Shown here: positions 29,803 to 39,916 of the stretch, piece after piece
Position numbering within the stretch: position 1 is the stretch's first letter
Layout of the letters: each line of letters begins with the position of its first letter
Assembly (NCBI GenBank): GCA_946529105.1
Contig: CAMMYY010000018.1
Location: 7,896 to 71,895, forward strand
Reading direction: 5' to 3'
DNA length: 64,000 nucleotides
From: an uncultured Bacteroidales bacterium
GTDB taxonomy: Bacteria > Bacteroidota > Bacteroidia > Bacteroidales > UBA932
Position numbers and translations under genes: made by a program
The notes under the pieces: generated by a model
The model's database searches: none
What the model saw: the letters and a program-made list of their open reading frames with translations, nothing else
What the model was told of the DNA's origin: nothing

Positions 29803-31215
29803 TTATTCGCTTGAAAGGGCAGGGACAAACGTCTTAACTTTTACTGTCCGGGCAATCATGTGGCGCATTTCCCAGCGGTCTTTTACAAGTCCCGCGGCCT
29901 TGGCCTGCAACATCACGTTGCCGATAGCGGTCGCCTCCGTGGGACCGGCCACGACAGGAATGCCGATAGCGTCGGCCGTCCACTGGTTCAGAAGGTCGTT
30001 GGCGCTGCCGCCGCCGATGATGTGGAGTTTTTCTATCTTGAAAGGGGCAAAACCCTGGAGCATCCCCAGAACCTCTTTGTAACGGTCTGCAAGAGAGTGG
30101 TAGATGCAGGAGACGATCTGGGCGTCACTAAGATTCTTCACTTCATTCAGAATGACACCTTTGTCATCCTGCGCGGAGCGAAGGATCTCCTCCACCATGT
30201 TCTCCGGCGCGGCAAAGCGCGGATCGTCTGGGTTGATGCGACCGGAGAAGTCTTTTTCGGCACGGGCCATTTCCACCAGTTCAGGGTAGCTGTAATCCTT
30301 CCCTTGGGCCTTCCAGACCTTTCTGCACTGCTCCAGCAGCCACATGCCGGTGATGTTCTTCAGGAAGCGCGTGGTTCCTTCAATGCCGCCCTCATTGGTA
30401 AAGTTCAGGCGGGCCGATTCCTCATTGATGACAGGTTCCGGCACTTCGATGCCCATCAGGCTCCAAGTGCCGCTGGAAAGATAGGCGAACTGCTCGTCAG
30501 ATGCCGGGACGGCAGCAATGGCCGACGCCGTGTCGTGTCCGGCGACAGCAATGACCGGAATTCCTTTGTACTCCCCTACCTTGGTGCCGGGTGCCACTAT
30601 CGGGAGGAGGATGTCTGTCCTGATTCCCAGTTCCTGCAGCAGCGCTTTATTGAACTGGCGGGTAGCCTGGTCCATCATTCCGGAGGTGGAGGCGTCCGTG
30701 TACTCGCACACTTTGTTTCCTGTAAGCAGATAGGACAGAAGGTCCGGCATGAACAGGATGCATTCCGCCGCCTTCAGGGCCGGATCCTGGGCCTGAGTCT
30801 GCGCATACAACTGGAACACCGTGTTGAAATTCATGATCTGGATGCCGGTGCGGGCATACAGCTGCTCCCGGGGAATACGGGTGAAGACCTTCTCGGGAAC
30901 ACCCACCGTGTAAGGATCCCGGTACGCGCGCGGAAGACCTGTCAGGGAGCCATCGGCCCCGATGCAGCCAAAATCCACGCCCCAGGTATCTATGCCGATG
31001 GAATCCGGCCGGATGCCCTTGGCCTCCAGCTGATCCAGGCAGGCCACGAAATGACGGTACATGGCCCGGACATCCCAGTACATGCGTCCGTCCCTTTCCA
31101 CCATCTCGGAAGGGAAACGGTACACTTCTTCCATCCGGAAAGAGCCGTCCTCAAAAACAGCCAGCACGGCGCGGCCTGATGTGGCGCCACAGTCAAACGC
31201 CAGAAAATGGTTCAT
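29803..31215 (-). CDS. rhaB: Rhamnulokinase (contains a translated palindromic repeat)
   Basis: FDCGATSGRA, IGIDTWGVDF, HDTASA, LSSGTWSLMG, FTNEGG, NITGMW; ATG at 31215. Confidence 0.93.
   Translation of the reverse strand: MNHFLAFDCGATSGRAVLAVFEDGSFRMEEVYRFPSEMVERDGRMYWDVRAMYRHFVACLDQLEAKGIRPDSIGIDTWGVDFGCIGADGSLTGLPRAYRDPYTVGVPEKVFTRIPREQLYARTGIQIMNFNTVFQLYAQTQAQDPALKAAECILFMPDLLSYLLTGNKVCEYTDASTSGMMDQATRQFNKALLQELGIRTDILLPIVAPGTKVGEYKGIPVIAVAGHDTASAIAAVPASDEQFAYLSSGTWSLMGIEVPEPVINEESARLNFTNEGGIEGTTRFLKNITGMWLLEQCRKVWKAQGKDYSYPELVEMARAEKDFSGRINPDDPRFAAPENMVEEILRSAQDDKGVILNEVKNLSDAQIVSCIYHSLADRYKEVLGMLQGFAPFKIEKLHIIGGGSANDLLNQWTADAIGIPVVAGPTEATAIGNVMLQAKAAGLVKDRWEMRHMIARTVKVKTFVPALSSE
30131..30188. 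repeat. REP-like palindromic element inside rhaB
   Basis: 27-nt arms agattcttcacttcattcagaatgaca / tgtcatcctgcgcggagcgaaggatct (20/27 complementary) around a 4-nt spacer. Confidence 0.8.
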
Positions 31216-31305
31216 GCGACTCGTTTTAATGTCTTGACAAAGATAAAAATTTATGGGAAACAAGACAATACAAAACAACAAAACCAGCATGAACTGCCAC
31301 TGCCG

Positions 31306-32226
31306 TCAATCAGACTGTGCCGACGTCCCCGGTTTAACGATCATGAAGATGACGGCGCCTACGCAGACGGCAATCCCCACGCCCATTTTCCAGGTCATCG
31401 GCTCGCCGAACATGAAGGTGCCGATCAGGATGGCCGTCAGGGGTTCAAAAACGCCCAGCACGGAGGTTTTCGTCGGCCCGATAAAGCGGGAAGACACGGC
31501 CAGCGTAAGCATCGAGATCATCGTAGGGACGACGGCCAGTCCCAGGAGGTTTCCCCAATCGGCGGCAGAGTCGATGCCCTCTGTCAGGCTTCCACCTTGG
31601 AAACAGCGGATGACAGCAAAGAGAATGGCCCCCGTAACGAGCGCATACAGCGTAAGCGTATGCTCCGAGACGTGTTTGATACGCTTGCTCCTGTTTACGA
31701 TAACCAGATAAAAGGCATAGCTGAGCGCCGACATCACGGCCAGGATGATTCCCGCAGGGCGGATCTCCGCTCCCTGTGAAGGGCTGGACAGCAGGATGAT
31801 TCCCCCGAATGTGGCCACGATCGACAGCCAGGTCTGCCAGCTGGGATAGAAACGCAGCAGCACCATGATCAGCGCCACGAAGACCGGATACAGATACACC
31901 AGCGTCGTCGCAAGTCCGGACGGGATGAACGCATAGGACGCGAAAAGAAACAGGCTGCTTCCTCCAAAAAGAACGCCCAGCAGCATCAAGAGCCCGATTT
32001 CACGCTTCCTTACGGAGAACTTCTCCTTTGACAGCGCCATCCATAAACCCAGGAGCGCGGCCGAGATTCCATAACGGAACAGCAGCATCACAAGTACGGG
32101 AACGCCGCTCAGGAGAAGCGGCTTGGCAAACAGCGGATTTGTCCCGTAGGAAATACCTGCCACAACGCCACAGACAAGACCGATAACCCGTCGGTCTCCC
32201 ACGCTATAAGCATGTTTTCTTGCCAT
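31306..32226 (-). CDS. DMT/EamA family transporter
   Basis: About 10 TM segments in two EamA-like repeats (LLFRY, YLYPVFV; GPTKTSVLGVFEPLTA). Confidence 0.88.
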   Translation of the reverse strand: MARKHAYSVGDRRVIGLVCGVVAGISYGTNPLFAKPLLLSGVPVLVMLLFRYGISAALLGLWMALSKEKFSVRKREIGLLMLLGVLFGGSSLFLFASYAFIPSGLATTLVYLYPVFVALIMVLLRFYPSWQTWLSIVATFGGIILLSSPSQGAEIRPAGIILAVMSALSYAFYLVIVNRSKRIKHVSEHTLTLYALVTGAILFAVIRCFQGGSLTEGIDSAADWGNLLGLAVVPTMISMLTLAVSSRFIGPTKTSVLGVFEPLTAILIGTFMFGEPMTWKMGVGIAVCVGAVIFMIVKPGTSAQSD

Positions 32227-32228
32227 GG

Positions 32229-32699
32229 TCAGAAGTCGATCGTGATGCTTTCAATTCTCAGGCGCACGGTTCCGGAAGGAATCCGGGCCTCGGCAATTTC
32301 GCCGACCTTTTTGCCCATCAGGGCGGCCCCGATCGGGGATTTCAACGAAATCTTGCCCGCTTCAAGATTCATCTCATGGGGACTGACAATCTCGAATTTC
32401 ATACGGGTATCTGTCGAAAGGTTCGTGAATTCGACCCGGCTCAGCAGGCAAACCCTGTCTTTAGGGAGGGCGTCGGGATCGATCACGCGGGAATGCTCCA
32501 GGACCTTCTGCAGGAAACGGATACGGCTGATGGTCTTTGCCTGGATCCGCCTTGCTTCACGGTATCCCGCATTCTCACTCAAGTCCCCTTGGGCACGGGC
32601 CTCCGCAAGGTCGTCCTTCACCTTGGGGTAAACTTCGCCGATCAGGTGCTTCAGCTCGGCGGCAATCTCGTCGTATCGCTGTTTTGACAGGTATTCCAT
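32229..32699 (-). CDS. greA: Transcription elongation factor GreA
   Basis: ARAQGDLSENAGY, ISLKSPIGAALMGKKVG. Confidence 0.92.
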   Translation of the reverse strand: MEYLSKQRYDEIAAELKHLIGEVYPKVKDDLAEARAQGDLSENAGYREARRIQAKTISRIRFLQKVLEHSRVIDPDALPKDRVCLLSRVEFTNLSTDTRMKFEIVSPHEMNLEAGKISLKSPIGAALMGKKVGEIAEARIPSGTVRLRIESITIDF

Positions 32700-32730
32700 G
32701 ACTCAAAGATAGTCTTTTTCCGGCATAAAT

Positions 32731-32768
32731 AAATCAAGCACTTTCGAAAACTCGTAAGTGCTTGATTT
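32731..32768 (-). terminator. Hairpin terminator downstream of tRNA-Pro
   Basis: aaatcaagcactt...aagtgcttgattt inverted repeat with a T-rich tail on the minus strand. Confidence 0.7.
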
Positions 32769-32775
32769 CCAGAAG

Positions 32776-32848
32776 TCTGGATGACTGGACTTGAACCAGC
32801 GACCTCCTGGTCCCTAACCAGGTGCGCTACCAACTGCGCTACATCCAG
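32776..32848 (-). tRNA. tRNA-Pro, anticodon AGG
   Basis: Full cloverleaf CTGGATG-TA-GCGC-AGTTGGTA-GCGC-A-CCTGG-TTAGGGA-CCAGG-AGGTC-GCTGG-TTCAAGT-CCAGT-CATCCAG-A; C1-G72 and A73 Pro identity elements; CCA not encoded; TACATTTG promoter element at 32861-32868. Confidence 0.93.
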
Positions 32849-32927
32849 AAGATTGGACCGCAAATGTACGGCTTTTTTTAGAAATAACAAAATAATTTGC
32901 GGGAAAAATATCTATCTTTGCAAAACT

Positions 32928-33626
32928 ATGAGCATCTACAGAACCCTCCTTCCTGAGGAATACCAGGACATCGAAAGCCGTATTTTATACGAAGACAATC
33001 ACTTGCTGGTTTTCAACAAACGCACCGGTGAAATTGTCCAGGGCGACAAGACCGGCGATGAACCCATCAGTGAAACCCTCAAGGCCTTTATTGCACAGCG
33101 GGACGGCAAGCCCGGGCAGGTGTTTATGGGTGTCCCCCACCGGCTGGACCGTCCGGTGAGCGGCGGCGTTCTGTTTGCCAAGACATCCAAAGGGCTGGAG
33201 CGTCTGAACGACATGCTCCGCAAAGGGGAAATCCACAAGACCTACTGGGCCCTGACCGCCGCACGGCCGCCCAAAGACAGCGACACGCTGACGGATTATC
33301 TGGTGCGGAACGAAGCCCAGAACAAGTCGTACGTCTCCAAAAACGGGAAAGAGGCCCGTCTTCACTATACCCTCATCCAAACGACAGAGCGGTATTTCCT
33401 TCTGGAAATCCAGCTCTTCACCGGCCGGCACCATCAGATCCGCTGCCAGCTCGCCCACATGGGCTGTCCCATCAAAGGAGACCTGAAATACGGTGCCAGG
33501 CGGTCCAATCCGGACGGCGGCATTTCGCTTCTGGCCCGCCGGATACAGTTCATCCACCCCGTCAAAAAGACCGAGGTGGATGTAACAGCCCCTGTTCCAG
33601 ACAGCTGGAAAGGGATTCAAGGATAA
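32928..33626 (+). CDS. RluA-family RNA pseudouridine synthase
   Basis: ILYEDNHLL, catalytic HRLDRPVSG, TGRHHQIR, PIKGDLKYG; ATG at 32928. Confidence 0.92.
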   Translation: MSIYRTLLPEEYQDIESRILYEDNHLLVFNKRTGEIVQGDKTGDEPISETLKAFIAQRDGKPGQVFMGVPHRLDRPVSGGVLFAKTSKGLERLNDMLRKGEIHKTYWALTAARPPKDSDTLTDYLVRNEAQNKSYVSKNGKEARLHYTLIQTTERYFLLEIQLFTGRHHQIRCQLAHMGCPIKGDLKYGARRSNPDGGISLLARRIQFIHPVKKTEVDVTAPVPDSWKGIQG

Positions 33627-33647
33627 GCGGCACCCGGGATACTGGTT

Positions 33648-34160
33648 TTACTTGGACTGAAGCCGGGTCCGGCGTACGCGCGCACACCAATGGCTGGGCT
33701 GCTCCCCCATCACTTGCTTGAAGTTCCTCAAGTAGGAAGTTTCCGTATGGAAACCGGAAAGGGAAGAAAGCTCACTGATCCTGAGGCCCATATTATTCCG
33801 GAAAAGCTCCAGCGAATACATCACACGGTAGTAGTTGACGTACTGTTTGAAGTTGCGACCGGAAAACCGGTTCAGGGTCCGGCTCAAATACGATTTATTG
33901 GTGAACATCACGTTGGCCAGATCCTGCAGGGAGAAGGACTCCACCAGGAAAGGCCGCTTCTCTATCATATACCGGCAGCACCTGTCGTAGAGAAACTGGT
34001 CGATCGCCGCCGTCTCTATCAGATCCGGGAAGTCTGCCGCGGGCAGTTCTTCCTTGGGCGTGTCATTCCGGCGCTGCCGAAGGTACAGGATGATGCCTGC
34101 CACCACAAGGACCAGCACACCGGTGCACACCCCAAACACTAGCAGGTGGTTCATGGGCAT
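33648..34160 (-). CDS. Membrane-anchored AraC-family HTH regulator
   Basis: N-terminal hydrophobic helix followed by RQRR; SLQDLA..TNKSYLSR..NFKQYVNYYRV; SGF..YLRNFK..GEQPS. Confidence 0.8.
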   Translation of the reverse strand: MPMNHLLVFGVCTGVLVLVVAGIILYLRQRRNDTPKEELPAADFPDLIETAAIDQFLYDRCCRYMIEKRPFLVESFSLQDLANVMFTNKSYLSRTLNRFSGRNFKQYVNYYRVMYSLELFRNNMGLRISELSSLSGFHTETSYLRNFKQVMGEQPSHWCARVRRTRLQSK

Positions 34161-34215
34161 ACAAAAGTGTGGTTAAGGCCCCGTGAGACGCTTATCCTCT
34201 ATTTCAAAGAACGTT

Positions 34216-35193
34216 TTATTTCTTAATGGAGTCGAATCCCTTTCCGTAAACGCCATTGACGGAGCTTACCGAAAGGAATGCCTGGGAGTCAATTTGCTTG
34301 ATGTAGCGCAGCAGCAGGTTCAGGTCCGACTTCCGGGTCAGGACCATGAGCACCTTGGTGTCCTGCTTGGAGTACCAGCCTTTGCCGTCCAGGACCGTGA
34401 CGCCGCGATGCAGGTCCATGGTGATGGCGTCCGCAATCTTTTCATATTCCCGCGAGAGGATGAACAGCTGGACGCTCTGCTGCGAACCGGAAATGTACAT
34501 ATCCAGCACATAGCTGTTCACCGTAACGAGGATGAGGCCATATACCACCGTGGTGACCTTGTCGGCAAAGGGCATCAGATGCATCAGCGGCTTGCCGTCG
34601 GCACCGAGCAGGACGGCACCCGTCGCCGCATCCACCTCCGTCACATATGAAGGGATGACAAGGGACGAGGTGATGATGATAAAGTCCAGGAACAGAATCA
34701 CTTTTCCCGGGGACACATTGTGGTATTTGGTATAGATGAGCGCAATGATGTCCGTCCCTCCCGTACTGCCGCCGTTAGAGATGCTCATGCCGATGCCGAT
34801 ACCGGCCATGAGGCCGCCCATGATCACCGACATCAATTTGCCGTTCTGCAGGGCCAGGGTGCTGACGATGCTGTCCGGAATCATGTCCGGCATGAAACGC
34901 AGCGCCACCGAAGCCAGGATGATGGCATAGATGGTCTTGGCGCCGAAGCCCATCCCCAGGACCACCATGGCAGCGGCGATGAGGATGCCGTTCAGGACCA
35001 GGTAGCTGTAACCCATCTGGATTTTTCCCTGGGTGGCATACTGGATCATGGAACTGATACCGGATACGCCACCGCCCACCAGGTTGTTGGGAATCAGGAA
35101 AAGGGACCATCCCAGCACATAAATCAAGATGCCCAGGGTGATGAGGGTCCACTCCTTGACGTGGGTGAAAGCCGTCTTTTTCAGAAAGGACAT
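34216..35193 (-). CDS. YitT family membrane protein (DUF2179)
   Basis: GGGVSG, GGSTGGTDIIA, RGVTVLDGKGWYS, VYGKGF. Confidence 0.88.
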   Translation of the reverse strand: MSFLKKTAFTHVKEWTLITLGILIYVLGWSLFLIPNNLVGGGVSGISSMIQYATQGKIQMGYSYLVLNGILIAAAMVVLGMGFGAKTIYAIILASVALRFMPDMIPDSIVSTLALQNGKLMSVIMGGLMAGIGIGMSISNGGSTGGTDIIALIYTKYHNVSPGKVILFLDFIIITSSLVIPSYVTEVDAATGAVLLGADGKPLMHLMPFADKVTTVVYGLILVTVNSYVLDMYISGSQQSVQLFILSREYEKIADAITMDLHRGVTVLDGKGWYSKQDTKVLMVLTRKSDLNLLLRYIKQIDSQAFLSVSSVNGVYGKGFDSIKK

Positions 35194-35197
35194 AGGA

Positions 35198-37957
35198 CTA
35201 TTTCTTAAAGACTACGTTGACAATGCGGCCAGGGACGACAATGACCTTGGCGATACTCATTTCGCCCACATACTGCGGGGTCTTTTCATGGGCGCGGACC
35301 TGAGCCTCCACCTCCGCAGGGGAAGAGGAAGCGCTGGCCTCCAGGAAGAAGCGGGTTTTTCCATTGAAGGAAACCGGATACTTGACGGTATTGTCGGCCG
35401 CCAGTTCACTCCGGTATTCGGGGAAGGTGGCGTATACGACGGACGACTCATGGCCCAGCTGGTGCCAGAGTTCCTCCGCAATGTGCGGGGCGAACGGCGA
35501 CAGCAGGATGGTCAGGGGCTCCAGTACAGCACGCTTTGAGCAGCTTCCCAGCTCATTCAGGGCAATCATGAAGGCCGATATGGTGGTATTGTAGGAGAAG
35601 TGCTCGATGTCCTCCTGCTCCTTGCCGATGAGCTTGTGCAGGGCTTTGAGCTCTTCCTTCGTGGGCTCCTCGTCGGTGACCAGCCATTTTTCGCGGTCCC
35701 AGAACAGTCGCCAGAATTTCTTGAGGAAACGGTTTACGCCGTCGATTCCCTTGGTGTCCCACGGCTTGGCCTGCTCGATGGGGCCCAGGAACATCTCGTA
35801 CAGGCGGAGGGTATCGGCACCGTAGGTGTCGCAGATCTTGTCCGGGTTCACGACATTGTACATGCTCTTGGACATCTTCTCAATGGCCCAGCCGCAGATG
35901 TATTCGCCGTTCTCCAGGATGAACTCGGCATTCTTGTAGTCCGGGCGCCAGGCGCGGAAGGCCGCCAGGTCCAGCCTGTCGTTGTACACGATATTCACAT
36001 CCACATGCACGGGAATGGTTTCGTACTGGTCCTTGAGGCCGGCCGACACGAACTTGTTGGTCCCCGGAATCAGATATACGAAGTTGGAACGGCCCTGGAT
36101 CATGCCCTGGTTGATGAGTTTGCAGAAAGGTTCTTCCTCGCAGACATAGCCCAGGTCGAACAGGAACTTGTTCCAGAAACGGCTGTAGATCAGGTGACCG
36201 GTAGCATGCTCCGTACCGCCTACGTAAAGGTCCACATTGCGCCAGTATTCGTCGGCCTCCTTGGAGACCAGGCCTTCCGCGTTGTGGGGGTCCATATAAC
36301 GGAGATAGTAAGCGCTGGAACCGGCGAAACCGGGCATCGTGCTGGTTTCCAGCGGATAACCCTTGTAGGTCCAGTCTTTGGCGCGGGCCAGCGGCGGCTG
36401 ACCGTCCTCCGTGGGCTTGTACTGGTCGATCTCCGGGAGGGTGAGCGGCAGGTCCGCAAAATCCACGGGTGTGGCGATTCCGTCCTTGTAATAGATCGGG
36501 AAAGGTTCGCCCCAATAGCGCTGACGGGAGAAAATGGCGTCGCGGATACGGAAATTCACTTTCCGGCGGCCGATACCGTGCTTCTCCACATAGTCGATGG
36601 CTGCGGGAATCGCCTCCTTGACGGTGAGTCCGTTCAGGAAGCCGCTGTTGCACATGATGCCTTCTTTGGCGTCCAGGCTCTCCTCGGAGACGTCCGCTCC
36701 TTCGATGAGAGGGATGATGGGAAGGCCGAATTTCTTGGCAAAGGCATAATCCCTGCTGTCATGGGCGGGAACAGCCATGATGGCGCCCGTCCCGTAGCCT
36801 GAAAGCACGTATTCCGAAATCCAGACGGGGACTTTTTCACCGGTCAGCGGATTGATGCCGTAGGCACCGGAGAAAACGCCCGTAACCGCCTTGCCGGCGA
36901 TCCTTTCGCGTTCGGTTTTCTTCTTCACCTGCTCCAGGTAAGCCTCGACGGCAGGTTTCTGGGAAGCCGATGTCAGTTTTTCCACCCATTCGCTTTCCGG
37001 AGCCAGGACCATGAAGGTGACGCCGAAGACCGTGTCGGCCCGGGTGGTGAAGATGGTGACATCGTGCTCCTGGCCGTCGCAGGTCACTTTAAAGACCATT
37101 TCGGCCCCTTCGCTGCGACCGATCCAGTTGCGCTGCATTTCCTTGAGCGAGTCCGTCCAGTCCAGGTTCTCCAGGCCGTCCAGCAGGCGTGAAGCATAGG
37201 CCGACACGCGGAGCTGCCACTGGGTCATCTTTTTCTGAAAGACCGGATGGCCGCCCCGTTCGGAGAAGCCGTCCTTCACCTCGTCATTGGCCAGCACGGT
37301 TCCCAGGGCAGGGCACCAGTTGACGGTGCTTTCTCCCTGATAGGCGATACGGTAGTGCATGAGCACGTCGGCCTTTTCTTTTTCGCTGAAGGATTTCCAC
37401 TGAGCGGCCGTGAAGGCAGGGCCTTCACTGCAGGCCGCATTCACTGCGGCGCTGCCGCCCTGTTCAAAAGCCTGCACCAGTTCTTCGATGGGACGGGCTT
37501 TCAGGAGGGTATTGTCGTACCAGGAGCCGAACATTTTCAGGAAGGCCCACTGGGTCCATTTGTAATAGTCGGGGTCCGACGTGCGGAATTCGCGGTCCCA
37601 GTCGAAGGAAAAACCAATCCGGTCCAGTTGTTCCCGGTAACGGGCCACATTGTCATGCGTGGTCTTTTCCGGATGCTGGCCGGTCTGGATGGCGTACTGC
37701 TCCGCAGGAAGGCCGAAGGCGTCATATCCCATCGGATGCAGCACGTTAAAGCCTTTCAGGCGCTTGTAGCGGGCGAAGATATCGCTGGCGATGTAGCCCA
37801 GCGGATGCCCCACATGAAGCCCTGCACCGCTCGGGTACGGGAACATGTCCAGCACATAGTATTTGGGTTTGGAGGCATCGGCCTCGGCGTGATACGTCTT
37901 GTTTGCAGCCCACCAGGCCTGCCACTTTTTCTCAATCTCTAAAAAATTGTAATCCAT
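35198..37957 (-). CDS. leuS: Leucine--tRNA ligase
   Basis: [26 protein letters not shown] editing motif, SRQRYWG, KMSKS. Confidence 0.98.
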   Translation of the reverse strand: MDYNFLEIEKKWQAWWAANKTYHAEADASKPKYYVLDMFPYPSGAGLHVGHPLGYIASDIFARYKRLKGFNVLHPMGYDAFGLPAEQYAIQTGQHPEKTTHDNVARYREQLDRIGFSFDWDREFRTSDPDYYKWTQWAFLKMFGSWYDNTLLKARPIEELVQAFEQGGSAAVNAACSEGPAFTAAQWKSFSEKEKADVLMHYRIAYQGESTVNWCPALGTVLANDEVKDGFSERGGHPVFQKKMTQWQLRVSAYASRLLDGLENLDWTDSLKEMQRNWIGRSEGAEMVFKVTCDGQEHDVTIFTTRADTVFGVTFMVLAPESEWVEKLTSASQKPAVEAYLEQVKKKTERERIAGKAVTGVFSGAYGINPLTGEKVPVWISEYVLSGYGTGAIMAVPAHDSRDYAFAKKFGLPIIPLIEGADVSEESLDAKEGIMCNSGFLNGLTVKEAIPAAIDYVEKHGIGRRKVNFRIRDAIFSRQRYWGEPFPIYYKDGIATPVDFADLPLTLPEIDQYKPTEDGQPPLARAKDWTYKGYPLETSTMPGFAGSSAYYLRYMDPHNAEGLVSKEADEYWRNVDLYVGGTEHATGHLIYSRFWNKFLFDLGYVCEEEPFCKLINQGMIQGRSNFVYLIPGTNKFVSAGLKDQYETIPVHVDVNIVYNDRLDLAAFRAWRPDYKNAEFILENGEYICGWAIEKMSKSMYNVVNPDKICDTYGADTLRLYEMFLGPIEQAKPWDTKGIDGVNRFLKKFWRLFWDREKWLVTDEEPTKEELKALHKLIGKEQEDIEHFSYNTTISAFMIALNELGSCSKRAVLEPLTILLSPFAPHIAEELWHQLGHESSVVYATFPEYRSELAADNTVKYPVSFNGKTRFFLEASASSSPAEVEAQVRAHEKTPQYVGEMSIAKVIVVPGRIVNVVFKK

Positions 37958-39312
37958 TATTTGATCTTTACTCCGTTTATACCGAACGACCCGTCAGAAT
38001 TCTTCTCCAGACGGAACTCCACAGCGATGGTCATGGCCACTTTACAACGTTTCCCGTGATGCCGCCCCGCCCGCCATTTGGGCGATGCGCTCACAACCCG
38101 GACCGCCTCGTCATCCAGCAGCTGATGGACGCCGCGGACCACGGCCACTTCCGAAACCTGGCCTTTTTCATCAATCACGAAATTCACCAGCACACGACCC
38201 TGGATACCGTTTTCGACAGCATATTTGGGATACTTGAGATACTGGTACACCCAGCGTTCCATGAAGATGCGCGGATCCGAAGAATTCAGGAACATGGGTT
38301 TGGTATCTACGTCGCTGTAGGCATAGACGCCGGCCGGAGCCGGAGTCTCGCGGGTGGCGCTGTCATTGCGGAAGAGGGGACGCTGGCCGTTACACAGGTG
38401 CTGGACATAGCTGTAAATGTATTCCAGCTCCTTTTCCATGCCTTCGAAATCGATGATATCGTAGGTGTCCCGACCGGTGTTGTGCTCAGGGTATCGGCCC
38501 GTAGAGAACAGGACGGAGGGGATTTCCCTGTCATAGAAGACGGTATGGTCGGAGGGATAAGGCTCCTGGGTGGTCAGCGACGCCTGGACGGGGAGAAGTT
38601 CTCCCTGCAGGGCGTTCACGATGGTGTTCAAGTCTTCGTTGGAGGCCGTGTAGGCGGCGAAAGCGTCGCTCCCGCTGCCCAGCATGTCCAGGTTCACCAT
38701 GGCGTCAATCTTGTCGGCATCCTTCTCAAATGCCCGGTTCAGAAAATACCAGGACCCGGCAAAGCTCTGGGCCGATGCGCCAAATCCCACCAGCAGCACG
38801 CTGCGCCGCAGAAGCGTCCGGGCATAGGAGAGTTTCTGCGCCAGTTCCAGGAGCATGGCCATTCCGGAAGCGTTGCCGTTGGCTCCGTAATAGATGCGGC
38901 GGGTCGGCTCCGAATCGATGGTCAGGGTATCCATCCCCAGATTGTCCATTCGGGCGCCCACTACGATGTAATGGTCGTTCAGGGATTTGTCCCAGCCCTG
39001 AAGGAAACCCACCACGTTGGTGGAGAGCAGCGTGTCGGCGCCGGCGGCGATTTTGAATTCGCTCCCGGAGGTAAGGACATCGATGCCATACGCTTTCAGG
39101 CAGGAGGCCAGATAATCGGCCGCCATCCGTTCACCTTCACTGCCGGCTTTCCGGCCTTCCATCTGGGCACCGGAAAGATAGGAGACGTGTTCCTTGAAGG
39201 CGCGGACGGTTTCAGAGTCGTCCAGGTCTTCCAAAGGGGTACGGTATTGGGCATTAAGGGCCGTCGCTGCCAGCAGGGCAGCGGAAAAGGCGATCAGTCG
39301 CTTAAATAACAT
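37957..39312 (-). CDS. Degenerate M28-peptidase-fold protein fused to a TonB C-terminal domain
   Basis: Signal peptide; M28 scaffold ([23 protein letters not shown]); TonB_C motif [35 protein letters not shown]; ATG at 39312. Confidence 0.8.
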   Translation of the reverse strand: MLFKRLIAFSAALLAATALNAQYRTPLEDLDDSETVRAFKEHVSYLSGAQMEGRKAGSEGERMAADYLASCLKAYGIDVLTSGSEFKIAAGADTLLSTNVVGFLQGWDKSLNDHYIVVGARMDNLGMDTLTIDSEPTRRIYYGANGNASGMAMLLELAQKLSYARTLLRRSVLLVGFGASAQSFAGSWYFLNRAFEKDADKIDAMVNLDMLGSGSDAFAAYTASNEDLNTIVNALQGELLPVQASLTTQEPYPSDHTVFYDREIPSVLFSTGRYPEHNTGRDTYDIIDFEGMEKELEYIYSYVQHLCNGQRPLFRNDSATRETPAPAGVYAYSDVDTKPMFLNSSDPRIFMERWVYQYLKYPKYAVENGIQGRVLVNFVIDEKGQVSEVAVVRGVHQLLDDEAVRVVSASPKWRAGRHHGKRCKVAMTIAVEFRLEKNSDGSFGINGVKIK

Positions 39313-39839
39313 CAGTCGTTCACAAGAATCCAGCCGTCTTCGGGACAGACATCCGTCCCCCGAAGCCGCTTGAGGGTTTTCAGCGTTTGGTTCAAATCGT
39401 CGGAAGGGCATACCGACACGGCCAGCAGCCCGTTCCGGAAGCTGATGATTGTAGCCGTGTAACCCGCAGCGTTGCAGGCTTTTAGCTTACGTTCGGCATA
39501 CGCGCGGTTGCGGAAGGCGCCCACGACGATGCAATACTTGGTGTCCAGTTTGGTGGTGAACAGGCCGCCCAGTTTGGACGGGTTCAAAACGGTTCCTTTG
39601 GCCTGCGACAGGGAATCCAGCAGATGGGCTTCCAGACGGGCCATGGAATCGGCCAAAGCCTGTTTGGCTTGTTCCATCGAATCCAGCACGGCCTGGTGGC
39701 GGGCCTCTTCGGCGGCGATCTTTTCCTTCCGGATGGTCTCAACCTGGGCCGATGTGGGGCGCCCGGCCAGCGTGCGGATAAAGTCACAGCCGGTAACCGA
39801 CAGCAGCAGGACTGCCAGCAATATGAGGGTCTTTTTCAT
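39312..39839 (-). CDS. SPOR-domain lipoprotein
   Basis: Lipobox VTGC; coiled segment; YCIVVGAF..YAER..AGY..DGWIL. Confidence 0.7.
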   Translation of the reverse strand: MKKTLILLAVLLLSVTGCDFIRTLAGRPTSAQVETIRKEKIAAEEARHQAVLDSMEQAKQALADSMARLEAHLLDSLSQAKGTVLNPSKLGGLFTTKLDTKYCIVVGAFRNRAYAERKLKACNAAGYTATIISFRNGLLAVSVCPSDDLNQTLKTLKRLRGTDVCPEDGWILVND

Positions 39840-39916
39840 ACAATCATCCTCCTTAAACTGCAAAAATACGTTTTTTCCAAAATCAAGCCAAATAAAAATA
39901 CTATATTTGTATCTGT

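Noticed and set aside
32731-32790. tRNA 3' end plus hairpin as a possible integration site
   Set aside because: No integrase, no duplicated tRNA 3' end and housekeeping-type flanks; at most an empty site.
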